Shown here in pieces: positions 40,077-43,809 of a DNA stretch of 43,809 bases. The DNA comes from Candidatus Coprovivens sp. (GTDB taxonomy: Bacteria > Bacillota_I > Bacilli_A > RF39 > UBA660). The stretch spans positions 1-43,809 of the forward strand of contig JAZOOK010000155.1 in the NCBI GenBank assembly GCA_045654965.1. Direction: 5' to 3'. How positions within the stretch are numbered: position 1 is the stretch's first letter; the number at the start of each line of letters is the position of its first letter. A program made the position numbers and the translations under genes. The notes below the pieces were generated by a model that saw only the letters and a program-made list of their open reading frames with translations, ran no database searches and was not told the origin of the DNA.

Positions 40077-41927
40077 ATGGGAAAAGTTATTAAGAAAAAT
40101 AAAAACTCTAAGAAAAACGTACTTTTTTCAAGTTTATTTAAATATAAGAAATATTTATTGGCATTGTTAGCTTATTTTGCAATGTTTGTTGAATTAAATA
40201 AAAAAGGTATTGTATTTAATTATGAATGGTACCATTATATTGAATTAGTTATTTGGTTACCTTTGATTATTTGGTTATATACGAAAGTTTTTAAAGAAGA
40301 TAAAAAAGATAATTATAAATCTTTAAATTTCTTGTCTGGATGTTTTACATTCTTAATGATAGCTGGTTATAGTTTTAGTAGAGTTGGTACTGCTGGATTA
40401 TTAATATCTAGTTTTACTAATGTAATAATTACTATTTTAAAAGCTATAGGATTTTATTATTTCTTTAAAAATGCATTACATTCATTATTTAGATTATTTA
40501 CTAAATATGAATTTAAGAATCTACCTAATAAATTATTAAATAAGTTAAATGAACATCCATTTATATTTAGTTGTATAGTATTATTTGTAGTTTATGGTAT
40601 TTATTTATTAGTATTTTATCCTGGGGTTATTAATTATGATAACGCTAATCAAATTAAAGAAGTTATGGGGATGCATACTAGATATTTAGATAGTATAGTA
40701 GTAATGAATGAAAACATTACATTAACTAATTTTAATCCTATAATACATACTTTATTATTAGGTTATTTATTTAAATTTGGTTATGCTATTGGAAACGTTA
40801 ATTTTGGAATGTTCTTATATACGTTAATACAAGTAATTGTAGTTGTATTATCACTTGCTTATTCAATATATTTCTTACATAAAGAGAAGGTTAGAAATAA
40901 GTATTTACTTGTAATGTTAGGTGCTTATATATTTATTCCGTTCTTTCCTTTTTATGCTATAACAGCTGTTAAGGATACGTTATTTTCAATGGCAGTATTA
41001 ATTTATACTATAAAGTTATATCAGTTTATTAAGTATGAAAATACTGTTAAGAGTAATATATTATTTATGATAATTATAATGTTAGTTATATTATTAAGAA
41101 ATAATGGAATCTACTTAGTATTATTAAGTTTTCCATTTGTATTCTTTGTTAAGAAGAATTTACGTAAGTCAGTAGTTATAATGACTATATTAGTATTATT
41201 ATTTAATACTGGATATGGTAAATTGCTTACTGCTTTAGAAATACCTAATACAAGTATTAGAGAAATGTTATCTATTCCTTTTCAACAAACTGCTAGATAT
41301 GTTAAGTATTATAGTGATGAAGTAACGGATGAAGAGAGAGTAGCAATAGATAAGATACTTACTTATGATACTTTAGGTAAGAGATATCAACCTGAATTAT
41401 CTGATAAAGTTAAGAATGAATACAATAGATATGCAACTGATGAAGAATTAAAAGAATACTTTGTAGTATGGGGAAAGATGTTAGTTAAGAGACCAATGAC
41501 ATATATTAATGCAACAGTAAATAATATATATGGTTATTTTTATCCTGATACGTATAATTGGTATTTGTATACAAAGTTGAATAATAAGTTACCAGAAGCG
41601 GGGTTTGATTATCATTTTAATAGTTTAGATAAAACTAGATTAGTAATGTCTGGATATGGTAATGGATTTAAAGAAGTTCCAGTATTAAAGTTATTAGTTA
41701 ATTGTGGTATTTATACATGGGTTTATGTATTCATGTTACTTGTATTATTATTAACTAAGAAAAAAGATTTAATAGTTTTATTGCTTCCTGCTTTTGCGTT
41801 ATTATTAACTACAATTGCTGGACCAGCGAATACATATTTTAGATATGTTGTACCATATGCTATTACATTACCTGTAATACTTGGATTGGTATTAAAAGAA
41901 ACAAATAAAAGTTTTATAAAAAAGTAG
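40077..41927 (+). CDS. Polytopic membrane protein, DUF6020-like, probable GT-C glycosyltransferase
   Basis: More than 10 TMs; YPG...D..NQ, PIIHT, KDTLF, RNNG, SIPFQQTAR, FRY motifs. Confidence 0.7.
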   Translation: MGKVIKKNKNSKKNVLFSSLFKYKKYLLALLAYFAMFVELNKKGIVFNYEWYHYIELVIWLPLIIWLYTKVFKEDKKDNYKSLNFLSGCFTFLMIAGYSFSRVGTAGLLISSFTNVIITILKAIGFYYFFKNALHSLFRLFTKYEFKNLPNKLLNKLNEHPFIFSCIVLFVVYGIYLLVFYPGVINYDNANQIKEVMGMHTRYLDSIVVMNENITLTNFNPIIHTLLLGYLFKFGYAIGNVNFGMFLYTLIQVIVVVLSLAYSIYFLHKEKVRNKYLLVMLGAYIFIPFFPFYAITAVKDTLFSMAVLIYTIKLYQFIKYENTVKSNILFMIIIMLVILLRNNGIYLVLLSFPFVFFVKKNLRKSVVIMTILVLLFNTGYGKLLTALEIPNTSIREMLSIPFQQTARYVKYYSDEVTDEERVAIDKILTYDTLGKRYQPELSDKVKNEYNRYATDEELKEYFVVWGKMLVKRPMTYINATVNNIYGYFYPDTYNWYLYTKLNNKLPEAGFDYHFNSLDKTRLVMSGYGNGFKEVPVLKLLVNCGIYTWVYVFMLLVLLLTKKKDLIVLLLPAFALLLTTIAGPANTYFRYVVPYAITLPVILGLVLKETNKSFIKK

Positions 41928-41944
41928 AGTAATCTACTTTTTTT
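41919..41944 (+). terminator. Intrinsic terminator
   Basis: AAAAAGTAGA-gtaa-TCTACTTTTT followed by Ts. Confidence 0.75.
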
Positions 41945-41946
41945 AT

Positions 41947-41974
41947 GTATATATTTTTTTTATTAGCATAATTT
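41947..41974 (+). promoter_or_regulatory. Mother-cell (sigmaE/sigmaK-like) promoter for yabG
   Basis: CATAATTT -10-like element at 41967-41974 with ATA upstream. Confidence 0.4.
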
Positions 41975-41989
41975 TATCTAGGTGATAAC

Positions 41990-42778
41990 ATGAATTTTAA
42001 AGTAGGAGATTATGTTACTAGAAGTAGTTATGATAATGATATAGTTTTTGTAATAGTTAATATAAAAGATAATATTGCTTTACTTAAAGGGGTTAATTTA
42101 AGATTGGTAGCAGATAGTCCTTTGAATGATTTGAATTTATGCAGTAAGGAAGAGAGGGAGGATGACTTTTTAGTTGATCTTAATTTAGATATAGATATTG
42201 AAACTGATAGAAGTGAGTCTGGGTATTTTTATTTACCACCTAAAATTCTTCATTTAGATGGTGATAGTGACTATTTAGATAAGTGTTTAGGTTTTTATAA
42301 AAAGAATAGAGTTATGGCTTATGGAAGGACTATTTCAGAAAAGGATTTAGAGAAGAAAGTTATTCCTTTACTTACTGATATTAAACCTGATATTTTGATT
42401 GTTACTGGTCATGATGCATATAATAAAAATAATAATGATGTACATGATATGAAGAATTATAAGAATTCTCTTAATTTTATTAAAGCAGTTAAGGAAGCAC
42501 GAAGGTATGAGAAAAGTCATGAGAAGTTAGTTATTATTGCTGGTGCTTGTCAAAGTAATTATGAAGAATTAATTAAGGCGGGTGCTGATTTTGCTAGCAG
42601 TCCTAAAAGAGTAAATATTCATGCTCTAGATCCAGCTATTATAGCAACTACGTTGTCATTAACTGAAAGAAATAAAGAGGTAGACTTAATAAAGTTATTA
42701 GAAAAGACAAAATATGGAAAAGATGGTATGGGCGGTCTTAAAGTTAATGGTTTAATGTATGTGGGGTATCCTAGATGA
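41990..42778 (+). CDS. yabG: Sporulation peptidase YabG
   Basis: GDYVTRSSY, LHLDGD, VTGHDA, AGACQS, FASSPKRVNIHALDP motifs. Confidence 0.95.
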   Translation: MNFKVGDYVTRSSYDNDIVFVIVNIKDNIALLKGVNLRLVADSPLNDLNLCSKEEREDDFLVDLNLDIDIETDRSESGYFYLPPKILHLDGDSDYLDKCLGFYKKNRVMAYGRTISEKDLEKKVIPLLTDIKPDILIVTGHDAYNKNNNDVHDMKNYKNSLNFIKAVKEARRYEKSHEKLVIIAGACQSNYEELIKAGADFASSPKRVNIHALDPAIIATTLSLTERNKEVDLIKLLEKTKYGKDGMGGLKVNGLMYVGYPR

Positions 42779-42990
42779 GAACGATATATCAAGCTAAAGA
42801 TTTTATAAAGTCCAATTATGGAAAGAATGTAGTTATCAAAGTATTAGGAATTAGAAATAAAGTAGATACAATTGAAGGTATTATTAAAGAGTGTTATAGT
42901 CATGTATTCATAGTTGATACTAAGTTTGGAAGTAAGAGTTTTTCTTATAGTGATGTTTTGGTTGGTAATATCTGTGTTAGTGTAAAATAA
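42775..42990 (+). CDS. veg: Veg-family protein
   Basis: R.K...EG.I...Y..VFIV...SFSYSDVL; follows yabG. Confidence 0.88.
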   Translation: MRTIYQAKDFIKSNYGKNVVIKVLGIRNKVDTIEGIIKECYSHVFIVDTKFGSKSFSYSDVLVGNICVSVK

Positions 42991-43059
42991 ATATTGATTT
43001 TAGTGTTGATTTGCTTTAAAATTAAGGTAAGTAGATATACTTGGGAGGAGTGTTAATAC

Positions 43060-43350
43060 ATGAAAATTACAAAGGTAGTTCTTCGTAATAAAGAAAAAGA
43101 AGATTCAAGAATGAAGGCAATTGCTACAGTTACATTAGATGAAGCATTTGTTATTACAGGAATTAGACTAATTCAAGGAGACGATAAAATGTTTATCGCT
43201 ATGCCTAGTAGAAAGGTATCTGAAGGTGTTTACGATGATATAGCTCATCCAGTAAACCAAGAAACACGTCAAATGTTTGAAGATGCTATTTTCAAGGCAT
43301 ATGATGAAATGAAGAATACTGGTGAAGAACTAGTAAAAATTGATCTATAA
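43060..43350 (+). CDS. spoVG: Septation regulator SpoVG
   Basis: MKAIATVTLD, FIAMPSRK, DIAHPVN motifs. Confidence 0.96.
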   Translation: MKITKVVLRNKEKEDSRMKAIATVTLDEAFVITGIRLIQGDDKMFIAMPSRKVSEGVYDDIAHPVNQETRQMFEDAIFKAYDEMKNTGEELVKIDL

Positions 43351-43368
43351 GAAAATAAGTAAATAGTT

Positions 43369-43392
43369 AGCTTGGGAAACCAAGCTTTTTTT
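43369..43392 (+). terminator. Intrinsic terminator after spoVG
   Basis: AGCTTGG-gaaa-CCAAGCT followed by a T run. Confidence 0.85.
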
Positions 43393-43393
43393 G

Positions 43394-43422
43394 TTCTATA
43401 AAGTATTATTGTTGCATAGTAT
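43394..43422 (+). promoter_or_regulatory. sigmaE-like promoter for yabPQ
   Basis: TTCTATA-14bp-CATAGTAT. Confidence 0.6.
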
Positions 43423-43437
43423 ATAGTGGTGATAATA

Positions 43438-43722
43438 ATGGATAATGTAAGTGTTTATGATAATACGAAGCATGAAGTGAAATTGATTGATAGAAATTTA
43501 ATCTATTTGAGTGGTATAAGTAAGATTATTAGTTTTGATAGTGAAGAATTCTTAATGGAATCTGTAATGGGGATTATATTACTTAAAGGGCAAGATTTGG
43601 AGATAGTTAAATTAGATACTCATGATGGTAGAGTTAGTATTAAAGGTACTATAAATAGTATGATTTATGATGATGGTAAGAAGAAAGATAGTGAATCTTT
43701 AATAGGTAAGTTATTTAAATAA
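43438..43722 (+). CDS. yabP: Sporulation protein YabP
   Basis: HEVKL..R....SG....SFDSEEF...MG....KG..L....LD; ends in GKLFK. Confidence 0.92.
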   Translation: MDNVSVYDNTKHEVKLIDRNLIYLSGISKIISFDSEEFLMESVMGIILLKGQDLEIVKLDTHDGRVSIKGTINSMIYDDGKKKDSESLIGKLFK

Positions 43723-43809
43723 TGAAATCTTATGTTCAATTTATTAGTTTATTAGGTTCTTTTATATATGGAGTAGTTGTTTTTTATTTAAATAAGTTTA
43801 ATTATAAAC
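43722..43809 (+). CDS. yabQ: Spore cortex protein YabQ, 5' fragment
   Basis: ATG overlaps the yabP stop; hydrophobic MKSYVQFISLLGSFIYGVVV; synteny. Confidence 0.6.
   Translation, partial: MKSYVQFISLLGSFIYGVVVFYLNKFNYK

Noticed and set aside
36713-41945. Prophage, ICE or IS element
   Set aside because: No integrase, transposase or phage structural genes; reported only as an accessory insert.

Overview
AT-rich replication-origin region of a reduced-genome, sporulation-gene-bearing member of the Bacilli. It uses the standard code (TGA stops in tadA and yabG). The collapsed B. subtilis-like gene order suggests an RF39/RFN20-like lineage, but that is inference. Left of oriC: argS (partial), ywiB-like, a class A PBP, noc, rsmG, mnmG, mnmE, jag, yidC, rnpA and rpmH. 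oriC is bipartite around dnaA. Right of oriC: dnaN, comK-like, recF, gyrB, gyrA, a parS array, a minimal SRP RNA, tadA, dnaX, yaaK, recR, bofA, holB, yaaT, yabB, pth, mfd, spoVT, a Met T-box, HAD, dut, metG, tatD, a 3D-domain protein, rsmA, a 6-gene accessory envelope insert, yabG, veg, spoVG, yabP and yabQ (partial). Best leads: (1) a remodelled nucleoid-occlusion system, in which Noc has no N-terminal membrane helix but carries a ~254-aa low-complexity insert, together with perfect NBS palindromes and ~35 GGGAAATA half-sites clustered (often inside coding sequences) with DnaA boxes; (2) comK inserted in place of yaaA in the dnaA-dnaN-recF-gyrB locus, with candidate Spo0A boxes; (3) four parS sites interleaved with NBS-like sites after gyrA, with no soj/spo0J next to noc; (4) a Met T-box with an atypical expression platform, placed in front of HAD and dUTPase genes; (5) a 720-bp cassette bounded by 30-bp direct repeats, carrying a lipoprotein SPFH gene. 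All counts and coordinates were read by hand and no database searches were run.
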